Part shown: piece after piece, positions 54,288 through 63,765 of the stretch
How positions within the stretch are numbered: position 1 is the stretch's first letter
Layout of the letters: each line of letters begins with the position of its first letter
From: Candidatus Nealsonbacteria bacterium
Lineage (GTDB): Bacteria > Patescibacteriota > Minisyncoccia > Minisyncoccales > JAGMDC01
Length of the DNA: 64,000 nt
Direction: 5' to 3'
Assembly: GCA_030612885.1 (NCBI GenBank)
Contig: JAUWMZ010000001.1
Span: 68,032 to 132,031 of the forward strand
Program-made: the position numbers and the translations under genes
The notes under the pieces: generated by a model
Database searches by the model: none
The model's input: only the letters and a program-made list of their open reading frames with translations
Told to the model about the DNA's origin: nothing

Positions 54288-55840
54288 TCAATAGGAAACA
54301 TCTGCACTAATCGTTGATTATCTACTGGGACATATCCAGTTATCCACGCTTCACCCTTGCGTGAATCAAGTATTATTTTGTCAAGGATACAATTTAGAAA
54401 TTGTTGTTTTTGTTCAGGAGTTATAGATTCTAACCGTTGCATAACTAAACGAGAAAAATGTTTGACAGCCTCAATAAACATAGGTTTGCTAACTGCTTGT
54501 GTTAATTTACTTTCATTCTCTTTTATTTTATCTTCCAGTTCCTTTTCTATCTGAGTAAGTTCACTGATTTTCTTTAGAAATAATTCTTTAGGTATATTCC
54601 CCTCTGTATAAAGTTCTAATAGTTTATCTTTTTTATAATCTATTTTTTCTTTTTCTCTGGACCAATCTTTTTCCTCTTTTTCTAATAACTTTTGATTTTC
54701 AATAACTTTTTTAGTTAAAAGTGAAATACCACTAATAAGTATTTTAGGATTTTTTACTGCGTTGCTGACAGCAGTCCATACGCTATTATCTAACTGATTA
54801 ACCCTTACCATCTTTGCATTACAATCTTTAGGAAAGGGGAATTTTTTATGACGATTGTTGCATCTGTAATACTGATGACTTCTGACAGTCTCGCCTGTAA
54901 AACTTGACCCACACAATTTACATTTTATAAGTCCACTTAGTAAATAGAAATGTTTTCTGTCAGCATACGGCTTATAATTTTTTGATAATAGTTTCTGAAC
55001 AAATCTAAATTTCTCTTTAGATATTATAACAGGAAATTTAATAGGAATCCATTCGCTCCTATCTCTTTTTCTCCTTCCAGTTTTTATTGTTCTTTTATAT
55101 TTTTTTCCATTTTCAGTTTCCACGCTATAATTTTTACAATAATAACCTGTTCCAACACAAGACTCATTTCTTAAAATCCTTCCTACTACACTATTGTTCC
55201 ATTTTATTCCTCCTTTTCTAGGTTTAATACCCTTCAATGTTAATTCTTTAACAACCCTGCTCAAACTCTGAAATTTAATATAAAAGTCAAACATTAAAAT
55301 TACAATTTCTGCTTCTTTCTTGTTAATTTTATAATAACCCTCTTTTTCTGGAGTTTTTTTAATATAATCATAGCCAAATGGAGGAGTGCTTCCTACGATT
55401 CCTTTTTGTTTCGCCTTAAAAATTCTCCCCCTTCTGGTCCTTTCTAAAATCCTTTCTTTTTCGTATTCTGCTGTGGCACCAAGCACATTAAACATAAATC
55501 TTCCTTCTGGAGTGTCAGAGATTGGTTTATCACCTATAAAGATTTCTATGTTTGCTTTTTTAAACTCTTCAACTATAATCCCCTGCTGATAAAGGTTTCT
55601 GGATAACCGGTCCACCGAATGAACATATACGGCTTCAAATAAACCCTTTTTAACATCTCTCCTTAAACAATCTAAAGATGGTCTATCTAAACTCTCTCCA
55701 GAGTAGCCGTTATCTAAATATTCCTCAACAATTTCAAAATTCTTGCAGATTTCTCTTAATTCTGCTATTTGCGATTTAATTGTCTTTTGTTCTTCCTGTT
55801 TCTCGGTAGAAACACGACAATATAATGCTACTTTTTTCAT
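54200..55840 (-). CDS. large serine recombinase (integrase)
   Basis: The catalytic region reads VALYCRVSTEKQ and VHSVDRLSRN. A recombinase domain follows, then a zinc ribbon (CKLCGSSFTGE...YYRCNN) and a coiled coil. Confidence 0.9.
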   Translation of the reverse strand: MKKVALYCRVSTEKQEEQKTIKSQIAELREICKNFEIVEEYLDNGYSGESLDRPSLDCLRRDVKKGLFEAVYVHSVDRLSRNLYQQGIIVEEFKKANIEIFIGDKPISDTPEGRFMFNVLGATAEYEKERILERTRRGRIFKAKQKGIVGSTPPFGYDYIKKTPEKEGYYKINKKEAEIVILMFDFYIKFQSLSRVVKELTLKGIKPRKGGIKWNNSVVGRILRNESCVGTGYYCKNYSVETENGKKYKRTIKTGRRKRDRSEWIPIKFPVIISKEKFRFVQKLLSKNYKPYADRKHFYLLSGLIKCKLCGSSFTGETVRSHQYYRCNNRHKKFPFPKDCNAKMVRVNQLDNSVWTAVSNAVKNPKILISGISLLTKKVIENQKLLEKEEKDWSREKEKIDYKKDKLLELYTEGNIPKELFLKKISELTQIEKELEDKIKENESKLTQAVSKPMFIEAVKHFSRLVMQRLESITPEQKQQFLNCILDKIILDSRKGEAWITGYVPVDNQRLVQMFPIEDGVLSPPLISSACLTKRLKSQKKELVQQ

Positions 55841-55918
55841 AGTTTTTCTAATTTAAGACCCCGCTAAGCTGTTGGGCTGTGCGGGGTCATAAAATAAATA
55901 CCCAACAGCTTTAATTTT

Positions 55919-55946
55919 AGAATAATCAATTATAAAACAATGTCAA
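55919..55946 (-). promoter_or_regulatory. sigma70-type promoter of the recombinase gene (TTGACA-N16-TATTCT)
   Basis: Reverse complement of tgtcaa at 55941-55946 and agaata at 55919-55924. The leader contains interleaved hairpin arms at 55857-55910. Confidence 0.5.
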
Positions 55947-55972
55947 GGTGCTTATCTAAAATAAGCGTTTTT

Positions 55973-56095
55973 CTTACACCTCCTACACTTTACTATTTTT
56001 TGAGTTCAAATAAGCGGTGTAAGTCTTCAATGTAAGGGTTTAGGGGTGTAAGTATGGTCTTACACCATCAAACTCTTACACTGACGACTTACACT
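55973..56095. repeat. iteron-like array of the heptamer GTGTAAG/CTTACAC (at least 7 copies, both orientations)
   Basis: CTTACAC at 55973, 56059, 56075 and 56089. GTGTAAG at 56017 and 56046. TGTAAG at 56031. One inverted pair, GTGTAAG-N6-CTTACAC, spans 56046-56065. Confidence 0.8.
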
Positions 56096-56096
56096 C

Positions 56097-57533
56097 CTAT
56101 TTGATAGGATTTTGTTCGGTATTTTGTTGATTTTCAGGTGTTAGTGTAGGAAGTGTAGGAGATTCTGGAGTTTTGAAGTAGATATTATTTATTTTTACTA
56201 CCTCCTGTTTTTTAAATAAATAACGAACACCATCTTTGCCTCTTGGTTTTTTCTCAGCAGAAAGATTTAGTTTTTTGATTACCCGACCAATTTTTGATGC
56301 TCTCTGGCGAGAATTATCTTTGACTAAAAATAATCCATCGGGCATTCTTTGACTAATACATTTTGGAGACAGAATTATTTCCATTTTTTCGTTAAATTGG
56401 TTTAAGATACATCTTATTACACTTTCTTCAAATTCAGATGGCTCCCATTCTGAAAATCCATAAAGTGCTTTAAATCTTTTTTTGACATTTCTAATTTCAT
56501 TTTCTTTGCCACAAATCTTTAAAACAACCTGAAGAGGCAACCATAATTCCAGCTCCCTGCCTACCATAGTCTTTTTTTCTTTGTATTCTCTTTTACCTTG
56601 CTCATAAAAGAGCTTAACTAAATGAAAGTTATCAATTTGGATTTGATAAATTTTCCCTCTTTTTTCTTTCCATTTTTCGCTTTCTTCACCTGGTTCGTCA
56701 AAATTTTTTCCGCTTTTAAATAAAGGAATTACAATACATCTATCAATTAAATCTTCAGGCAATTCTCCTACCGAAGCGAAAGCTTTAGGACTGTAGGTCT
56801 CAAATTCTAAAATTTCTCTTCCCTTATTTTTGTCAAAATTTATAATTCTTCTTTTGCCCCCGCTTTTTTTATATGAGTCAGTAAAAATATCTAGGAGTTC
56901 TTCACTTTCTTTTCTTTTAAGTGATTCCGCTTGGTCCATTATGTAGGTTGCCCGTAGTGAATCCGCAGTATCACCTAAAGATGCCAAACTGGGTCTAGCT
57001 TTTATAGCATTAAAACAAACCTGTTTTAGAAAACTTAACAACTGGCTTTTTCCTGAACCCTTAGGACCTTTAACAAATAAAAAGGGATAAGCAGAAAAAA
57101 TTGGAAAAAAATATGTGCCCAGAATCCACGCTGTAATTAACAGATAATCATCTTCATTTTTTAATTCGGTATATTTTTTTAACAGTTCTTTAATTCCATC
57201 AAATACTTCCCTTGCTTTTTTTAATGTAATTATTCCTCTTGTTTGGCAGGATTTTATAAATTCATTCACTTCATTTATCCCCCACCTTTCCTCTATATGT
57301 GCAAGTTTTCTTCCCCGTTTTTCTATGTAGTATTCTTCTCCTTGATATTTAATAGTATCATCTCTGAAAATCTCTGGTATTTCACCCTCTTTCACAATTA
57401 AAAAAAAGTTTTCTTCTTCCTTATTTTTTGAGATAAACCGAAATCCCAGAATCAAAATATCGTTTTTAATATCTAATGAAGGGTGAAGAAACATACCTTC
57501 AAATCCTTCAATTTTATTTGTTTGATTTTCCAT
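56097..57533 (-). CDS. P-loop NTPase, candidate element replication/primase-helicase-like protein
   Basis: The 478-aa protein has Walker A VKGPKGSGKSQ and a Walker-B-like TYIMDQAE. Its function is inferred from mobile-element context only. Confidence 0.45.
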   Translation of the reverse strand: MENQTNKIEGFEGMFLHPSLDIKNDILILGFRFISKNKEEENFFLIVKEGEIPEIFRDDTIKYQGEEYYIEKRGRKLAHIEERWGINEVNEFIKSCQTRGIITLKKAREVFDGIKELLKKYTELKNEDDYLLITAWILGTYFFPIFSAYPFLFVKGPKGSGKSQLLSFLKQVCFNAIKARPSLASLGDTADSLRATYIMDQAESLKRKESEELLDIFTDSYKKSGGKRRIINFDKNKGREILEFETYSPKAFASVGELPEDLIDRCIVIPLFKSGKNFDEPGEESEKWKEKRGKIYQIQIDNFHLVKLFYEQGKREYKEKKTMVGRELELWLPLQVVLKICGKENEIRNVKKRFKALYGFSEWEPSEFEESVIRCILNQFNEKMEIILSPKCISQRMPDGLFLVKDNSRQRASKIGRVIKKLNLSAEKKPRGKDGVRYLFKKQEVVKINNIYFKTPESPTLPTLTPENQQNTEQNPIK

Positions 57534-57747
57534 TTTTTTTAATCTCCTTTGGTTTTAATTTCTCAAAATACTCTAAAATTTCTTTTGAGGAAATTAAAGT
57601 CTCAAAAGCTTTAAATAAGTGAAACTCCCCATCGTGTGTTGGATTGAAATTAAGATAAATTTTAAGATTTTCATCTTTCTTTTGATACATACTTCTTTTA
57701 ATCAAAAATCCGCTATTCGCTTGGCAGGCTCCACCATTTTTTGGCAC
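57514..57747 (-). CDS. small hypothetical protein
   Basis: 77-aa ORF overlapping the start of the P-loop gene. The real start is possibly the internal Met (MYQKKDENL). Confidence 0.3.
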   Translation of the reverse strand: MPKNGGACQANSGFLIKRSMYQKKDENLKIYLNFNPTHDGEFHLFKAFETLISSKEILEYFEKLKPKEIKKNGKSNK

Positions 57748-58032
57748 CCGCCCAGCGGATAACGGACTTGGGACTTATGGTGGAAATTGTGCCAGCGTTG
57801 GAAAATAAAAAATGGAAGTATTTTTACTCCCATTTTTCTTTAATTTCTAAAGAAAAAAGGGCTAAAAAATAAAAAACAAAAAATCTAAACAGAAATACTA
57901 ACGCTTCCTATTTATTTATGTGTTTTTTATTCTTTAGCCCTTTGTAGAAACTTACATCGGACTAAGGTCTTTTGCGACCTTTTACAAAAGACCTTTAAAA
58001 AAATGTATTTTTTTTATAACGAACTCAATTTT

Positions 58033-58060
58033 AGTTTAGCAAATAATAAAGATATGTCAA
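58033..58060 (-). promoter_or_regulatory. sigma70-type promoter (TTGACA-N16-TAAACT)
   Basis: Reverse complement of tgtcaa at 58055-58060 and agttta at 58033-58038. Faces the 57747/57533 genes. Confidence 0.45.
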
Positions 58061-58073
58061 GCCCTCCCCTTTT

Positions 58074-58253
58074 TTAGGTTCTACATTTTTTCAAAAAATC
58101 AATCAAACCTTTCTCTGAAATACGATAGGCTTTACGGCTTATCTTTACTGCTTTTAGCTTACCCGATTCTATTAAGCGATAAATAGTCCGCTCACTAACT
58201 CTTAACTTTTCAGATACCTCTTTTACAGTAAAAAAGTGATTTACTTTATCCAT
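58074..58253 (-). CDS. excisionase-family HTH DNA-binding protein (candidate recombination directionality factor or regulator)
   Basis: Hand-translated 59 aa: MDKVNHFFTVKEVSEKLRVSERTIYRLIESGKLKAVKISRKAYRISEKGLIDFLKKCRT. Not in the ORF track because it is under 60 aa. Confidence 0.7.
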   Translation of the reverse strand: MDKVNHFFTVKEVSEKLRVSERTIYRLIESGKLKAVKISRKAYRISEKGLIDFLKKCRT

Positions 58254-58454
58254 TATCTTATAATAAAGTTTTCTTGATAAATGTCAAATTAGTCGTATGG
58301 CAAAATAGTTGTCTATTGACAAATCTTTTAGGAGCCATAGAATGAAGATGTTAGGAATAGAGGTTTAGAGAAGTTTTTTAGTTTGGTATAATTATAAAGG
58401 AGTTAGAAACCGCTATTCCTAACAAATAGCTTCTCTTTCTAACTCCTTTTTTGT

Positions 58455-59393
58455 ATGAAAATAAAGATGAAAAATTATATTGTCTATCAAAGAGTTTCCA
58501 CTAAAGAGCAAGCAAAGGAAGGGATTTCATTAGAGGCAATGTTTAATTCCTGTATTAGGTATATCAAAAACCAAGACAATGGAAGATTAGTTAAGGTTTA
58601 TGAAGATGGAGGAATTTCAGGAGGTAGTATTAGTAAAAGACCAGCATTAAAAGAGTTGATAAAAGACATTGAGACGCAACGCTTATCCATTGATATAGTT
58701 TTAGTTTGGAATTTAGATAGGTTGAGTAGGAGCCGTAAGGACCTAGATTTCCTAAAGGATTTTTTTGACAAAAAGAAGATAGAACTCTATTCTGTTTCCG
58801 ATGGAAAGATTGACACTTCAACTGCTTCTGGAAATCTTACTTTCGGCATAAAGGGAGTTGTCTCACAATATTATCGTGATGATATTGCAGAAAAAACTCA
58901 TAACGCTTTATACAATAAAGCAACTAATGGAGAATTTAACGGGGGAATGCCTCCTTTTGGTTATTTACTTAATGAGAAAAATAAATATGTAATTGATGGA
59001 GAAAAATCCGAAATTATAAAATATATTTATCAAAGATTTCTTAAATTAAAATCCTTTTGTAAATTAGCGAAGGAATTAAGTGAAAAAGGAAAATTGTCTC
59101 CAAAAGGAAGAAAGTGGTCCGATGTTCAGATAAAAAGAATTCTAACTCATCCCGTTTATAGAGGGGCTTATTCTTGGAATAGGACCGGAAAAAGAAAAAT
59201 AAATGAAGAGAATTTGATTATAAGAGAAAATTCTCATCCAGCAATTATTAGTAAAGAATTATGGGATAAGGTCCAAAAAATCATCTCTTCTAAAAGTTCA
59301 ACTAAAATACAAAAACAAGAAAAGGATTATATTGTAGAAACCCCGTTATTTACCGATGGAAATAGGAATAGAGAATTAAAATATAAAATTTAA
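58455..59393 (+). CDS. serine recombinase, short form (resolvase + recombinase domains, no zinc ribbon/coiled coil)
   Basis: IVYQRVSTKEQ, VWNLDRLSRS, and a recombinase domain (PPFGY...HPVYRG...HPAIISKELW). Ends where large serine recombinases normally continue. Confidence 0.85.
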   Translation: MKIKMKNYIVYQRVSTKEQAKEGISLEAMFNSCIRYIKNQDNGRLVKVYEDGGISGGSISKRPALKELIKDIETQRLSIDIVLVWNLDRLSRSRKDLDFLKDFFDKKKIELYSVSDGKIDTSTASGNLTFGIKGVVSQYYRDDIAEKTHNALYNKATNGEFNGGMPPFGYLLNEKNKYVIDGEKSEIIKYIYQRFLKLKSFCKLAKELSEKGKLSPKGRKWSDVQIKRILTHPVYRGAYSWNRTGKRKINEENLIIRENSHPAIISKELWDKVQKIISSKSSTKIQKQEKDYIVETPLFTDGNRNRELKYKI

Positions 59394-59453
59394 TATTTAC
59401 TTTCTTTTCCAGTGGGGCTATTATTAAGTTAGAACAATTAAATATTCAAATTG

Positions 59454-59598
59454 CCTAAGTCCTTGTTTTAGGATATGGCATAAAAACCCGTCTAAGGTAT
59501 CAAGCTCCTCGTCAGAGCACCTTAGACGGGTTATATCCCGAAAGGGGTATAGGTAGCGAAAGCTATCGCTGGCGGGGAGCTTTGTATTTTCAACCAGC
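59454..59598 (+). ncRNA. candidate structured RNA with 11-nt GAAA-tetraloop receptor and two GAAA hairpins (unknown class)
   Basis: Receptor CCTAAG (59454-59459) / TATGG (59474-59478) around a UCCU-UGUUUU-AGGA cap. 12-bp hairpin 59487-59498/59519-59530. GAAA-capped hairpins 59532-59551 and 59552-59567. Loop AAGCTCC (59502-59508) is complementary to GGAGCTT (59576-59582). GCTGG/CCAGC pair at 59568-59598. Confidence 0.55.
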
Positions 59599-59621
59599 GA
59601 ATAAGACATCAATAAAAAATT

Positions 59622-60080
59622 ATGTTAGAAGAATTAAAAATAGGAATTAAAGAATTTTTATCTCCCAAAGTTTCTATAAAGAGAATAATAAGAGATACTA
59701 TAAAATACGGCATTACTCTTTTGATTTTATTTGGACTAGGATGGGCAATCGGTTTTTTATTGAGTGCTATTTTGGGATTACTTTTTATGTTCTCTTTTGA
59801 CCGAATTTGTAAATATAAATGGAAACAAATATTCCAAGAGAAGAAAAAGAGAACAATCCTATTAGTTATTTCTTTTATTATAGTAATTTTGGTAATAGAT
59901 ATGATTGATTATCAACATCAAAAAAATCAAGAGATTAGAGATTTTTGCACAAAAGCGTATATTATACAAGGAAGAGACAGAATTAAGTTTTTTAATTCAG
60001 TAAATGAATGTATAGATATTGTAAAAAGAGCAGGAGGAATAAAGGGCTTTCAACAGCTTTTAAAAGAAAGTTATAAGTGA
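59622..60080 (+). CDS. membrane protein of unknown function
   Basis: This 152-aa protein has three hydrophobic spans, and the structured RNA candidate lies immediately upstream. Confidence 0.45.
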   Translation: MLEELKIGIKEFLSPKVSIKRIIRDTIKYGITLLILFGLGWAIGFLLSAILGLLFMFSFDRICKYKWKQIFQEKKKRTILLVISFIIVILVIDMIDYQHQKNQEIRDFCTKAYIIQGRDRIKFFNSVNECIDIVKRAGGIKGFQQLLKESYK

Positions 60081-60120
60081 AGTTATAAAAAAATAACAAA
60101 CGAAGTAGTTAATAATAATT

Positions 60121-61353
60121 ATGCATAAGCAACAATCTAATGAGAAAGGGATTTCTGGATTACAAATATTGGTAATTTTTTGTTTTTTATTTTTATTGTT
60201 TTTGATTTTCTCTCCATCAAAAACTCCTGAAGAATATCCTGGAAGTCAACAAGAGCAACAACAAGTTATAAAATATACAGCGGTCAGTCTTAATTTTCGC
60301 TCAGTTGATAATATCAATAAAGTCCTTCGTGTCCTTGATAAAGGAACTCCAGTTATAATAGTTGAAGAAGGAGGAAAATGGACTTTAGTAGAAGTAGATG
60401 AACAACAAGGTTATGTAGCAACAAGATATTTAGCATCTGAAAAGATTGTGGAAGAAGAAAAAGAAGTGGTTTATTCTCCTCCACCAACAAATTCAAGAGT
60501 TGAGGAATTAGAACAGAAAGTTGAGGAATTAGAGAAAAAACAACAAGAAGCTCAAGAAAAGATGAAGAAAGAAAAAGAAGAATTGGAAAGACAAACTCAA
60601 GCACTTAAAGAACAATTACAACAACAACCTCAAGGAATTTATAAAACTTCAGAACTTGTAGAAGGATTAAGTGAATTGATAGTCGCAATAGGTTGTTTTG
60701 ATTATTCTGGAGACATTATGACTGGTTCAGGAGTTGTAATTGGTAAGGGTAAAGCATTGAGTTCTGATAGAGTAAGCACTGCGATTTTAACTAATTATCA
60801 CATTATCAAGAATGCTGATATGACGCTTGAGCATCCTTGTGCGGTAGGATACTCTCCTAACCCCACTAAAGGGCTTACTGATTTTTATTTTGCTAACCCA
60901 GTTTATTATCCTAGTATAATATCTGACTCTGAAATGGAATTGATAGATTTTTACTTTCTTAGCATAGAAGAAAAACTTAGAATACCTGAATACGGAGATA
61001 TTGAAATAATTCCTAATGCTTCTTTAGAGATTACCGAATATGTCCCTATTATTTGTGAAGAAGATAAAATAAAGGTAGGAGAAGAAATGATTGTTCTCGG
61101 TTATCCTTCTATCGGAGGAGATTATTTAACTGCCACAGAGGGAATAATTAGCGGATACGAAGGAAAGCATTACCTTACTACCTCAGCAAAAATAGAACAT
61201 GGAAATTCTGGAGGAGGTGCGTTTCTGAAATCATCTGGCTGCCTTACTGGAATGCCTACCTTTGTAAGGTTAGGTGAGATGGAAAGTTTTGCTCGGTTAA
61301 TAAATATGCCTGTGCTTGCACGAGATTATCTTTCAAAAATTTGGGATTACTAA
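60121..61353 (+). CDS. SH3b domain / coiled coil / trypsin-like serine protease
   Basis: Signal anchor, an SH3-like segment (LNFRSVDNINKVLRVLDKGTPVIIVEEGGKWTLVEV), a Q/E/K coiled coil, and a protease core with HGNSGGGAF. Confidence 0.7.
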   Translation: MHKQQSNEKGISGLQILVIFCFLFLLFLIFSPSKTPEEYPGSQQEQQQVIKYTAVSLNFRSVDNINKVLRVLDKGTPVIIVEEGGKWTLVEVDEQQGYVATRYLASEKIVEEEKEVVYSPPPTNSRVEELEQKVEELEKKQQEAQEKMKKEKEELERQTQALKEQLQQQPQGIYKTSELVEGLSELIVAIGCFDYSGDIMTGSGVVIGKGKALSSDRVSTAILTNYHIIKNADMTLEHPCAVGYSPNPTKGLTDFYFANPVYYPSIISDSEMELIDFYFLSIEEKLRIPEYGDIEIIPNASLEITEYVPIICEEDKIKVGEEMIVLGYPSIGGDYLTATEGIISGYEGKHYLTTSAKIEHGNSGGGAFLKSSGCLTGMPTFVRLGEMESFARLINMPVLARDYLSKIWDY

Positions 61354-61379
61354 ACTAAAAAGAAATGATTATTCTTTCT

Positions 61380-61850
61380 TTAATTAGCTAATTTAACTTC
61401 CTTTTTGCTTTGTTCAATCCTTAATTTTGCTTTTCTTAATTCCTCTTCTTCCTCTTTAGACAAAGATAACTCAAGGGTTTGCTTCTCAATCACTTCCCTT
61501 CCTTCTGTGGCTTTAATTTTATCCATCATTGTGGCTACAATATTTGAAGCTCCTTGCGGACTAGCTTTATGTTTTTTTAATCCTTTAATAACTTCCTCTT
61601 GCCCTAAACGAATAATTCTCCAGGCATTTTCAACGAATTCCTTTTGTCTCCATTTTCTTAATTTATTAAACTCATCAGGACTTATTGCTTTTTGATATTC
61701 AATAATGTCCTTAATATCTTGAACATTTATTTTTCTTTGTTTAGAAATCTCTTCCTCTGAAAAACCAACCATCCAATCAGTTAGGACATCTTCACGGGTT
61801 TTTATTCTAAAAATACTTCCCCTTCCAAATTTTTTACTTGGTCTTGGCAT
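61380..61850 (-). CDS. hypothetical protein (basic N-terminus, coiled-coil C-terminus)
   Basis: The ORF is 156 aa and no diagnostic motif was recognised. Confidence 0.35.
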   Translation of the reverse strand: MPRPSKKFGRGSIFRIKTREDVLTDWMVGFSEEEISKQRKINVQDIKDIIEYQKAISPDEFNKLRKWRQKEFVENAWRIIRLGQEEVIKGLKKHKASPQGASNIVATMMDKIKATEGREVIEKQTLELSLSKEEEEELRKAKLRIEQSKKEVKLAN

Positions 61851-62824
61851 AGAAATAAAAAATCCAAACCCGAACTATCAGATTTGGACTACTGACTTTA
61901 AAATTAAATCTTTAAAGTTATTTAAATGAAAAATTTTTCTCACGCATTTACCTCCTTTAGTTAAAAATTAAAACATTTGCTCTTTAATTATTACTGATTT
62001 TCTTTATTTATAGAGCTTATTATTTTATTATCATTGAAATAAAAGAAAGAGTCAACCTCTAAACTCTTATTTATGAATCTGAGAGATAGAGAAGGGAGAG
62101 AGGTATTAACTCATCACAGGTCCTCTATTAAAAAATACCATTTTCACACTTGCTCCCGATTAAAAATGACAAGATTAGCGTTTTTATACTTAAAATTGCT
62201 TAAAAAGGGAGCAATTTTTATTAGATTGGTCCACTTTATCCAACTAACGAGTTCTCGGTTGTTGGAGAAATACTTAAAATTATCTTATTTTTTATCTTTT
62301 TCGTATGTTTTTTATGAATCTGGGGGAAGGAAGGCAGGAGAATAATGCATTTTCAAACCCTAAACTTTTTTATTTTTAATTGTTTTATCATAAAAAATCT
62401 GTTTAAAAATAGTTTTTAATATATCAATACATAAAATAAAAAGATAGATTAAAACATAAGAAATAGACAAAAATAGATTTTTTTTATACTATTTTTAATT
62501 TAGTAAAAAAGCGATTAAAGTTAATAAGTTATATTTTGTTAAGGAATTTTAAAATACTCTTTTTATGTTTAAAAGAATGAAAAATCAATGAAAAACAGCA
62601 ATCGCCTATTGAAAAAGATATATCCATTTGATATGCTAAAGATAATAAAGATGCATCAAAATTACCTAAAAAGCTTAAAACTGTTTTAAAACTGTTTTTG
62701 AACTCCTTTTTATCGTCTCCGGTCCTGGACCGGGAATGTCAAAGGAGATTAAACCCCATTAAAGGGTAAGGAATTATGACTAAAAAACAAAAAAGGTCGG
62801 CTAATTTTTAAGTATTGAAAATTT

Positions 62825-63238
62825 ATGAACATATTAAATTTTATAAAATCTAACAAAAAAGAAATAGTAATCGCTTTTAGTTTCTTAATAGTGGGGATAA
62901 TTATTTCTCCTACTCCTGTAGAAATTGTAGAAAAACCAGTAATAAAAGAAGTAAAGAAAATAGAGTATTCTGAAACTTGTGAAAAGATACAAATAGAAAA
63001 TGGGAAACTGAAAAGACAAAATAATATTCAAAGACAAGTTATGGATTTAGATGATGAAATCATTTATTTAGGTAGTCAAGGAATGGGATATTGCTCTCAA
63101 ATGCTTGTTGCGGCTTCAGAATTTGATTACAATAAGTTAAATTATTTAACAGATAAAGTAGAATTATTAACCCCCCAGATGTCAGAGGCAGGAAATAAAA
63201 AACTCAAATTATTAGAGCAATTAGAAAATATAAAATAA
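62825..63238 (+). CDS. hypothetical single-pass membrane protein
   Basis: The 137-aa ORF has an N-terminal TM span (VIAFSFLIVGIIISP). Confidence 0.35.
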   Translation: MNILNFIKSNKKEIVIAFSFLIVGIIISPTPVEIVEKPVIKEVKKIEYSETCEKIQIENGKLKRQNNIQRQVMDLDDEIIYLGSQGMGYCSQMLVAASEFDYNKLNYLTDKVELLTPQMSEAGNKKLKLLEQLENIK

Positions 63239-63341
63239 AAATAAGGAGGGTGATGATATGATAGTTATACTAATGAAGCTAATTTCAACGAATAAGCTTT
63301 TTTAGGATAGAGGGTCGGCTTCCTCGTCTTAAAGAGAAAAA

Positions 63342-63752
63342 ATGAGAATTGATTTTGACAAATTAACAAAAGGAGTTTTAGTATTTTCACTTTTATTGAT
63401 AGCTTTTTCTATTTGCTATTACTATGTTATTTTTTTACCCCAAAAAGAAGGAGCGAGATTAGAGCAACAAAGACAAGAACAGTTAGCAAAAGAGGAACGA
63501 GAACGGCAGGCATTAGAACAAGAACATAAGGAGTATGTAGGTAAAAGAAAAAAAGATTGTTATAGCATATACGAAAAAGAAAGAGATAAATGGAATAATG
63601 TAGATGAGGGCTGGTATGATGAGGAGAAAGATGTTTGTAAAGTTAGATATACAACTGATAAATATAAAGGGGTGGATTGTGGGAAAGAATATGAGGGGCT
63701 ACCAAGTTTAATGTTGGAGTGCATGATGGGAGTATTCATAAAAGAGTATTAA
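63342..63752 (+). CDS. hypothetical single-pass membrane protein with coiled coil and Cys-containing C-terminal domain
   Basis: The 136-aa ORF has an N-terminal TM span (VLVFSLLLIAFSICYYYVIFL). Confidence 0.35.
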   Translation: MRIDFDKLTKGVLVFSLLLIAFSICYYYVIFLPQKEGARLEQQRQEQLAKEERERQALEQEHKEYVGKRKKDCYSIYEKERDKWNNVDEGWYDEEKDVCKVRYTTDKYKGVDCGKEYEGLPSLMLECMMGVFIKEY

Positions 63753-63765
63753 ATCATCAATAACA

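Noticed and set aside
53821-54294. 157-aa plus-strand ORF across the comM/recombinase junction
   Set aside because: It is antisense to the well-supported comM N-domain frame and has no motifs.
62073-62345. 90-aa ORF in the AT-rich spacer of the element
   Set aside because: It has no RBS, an odd basic/hydrophobic composition, and is bounded by a direct repeat. It was not called as a gene.
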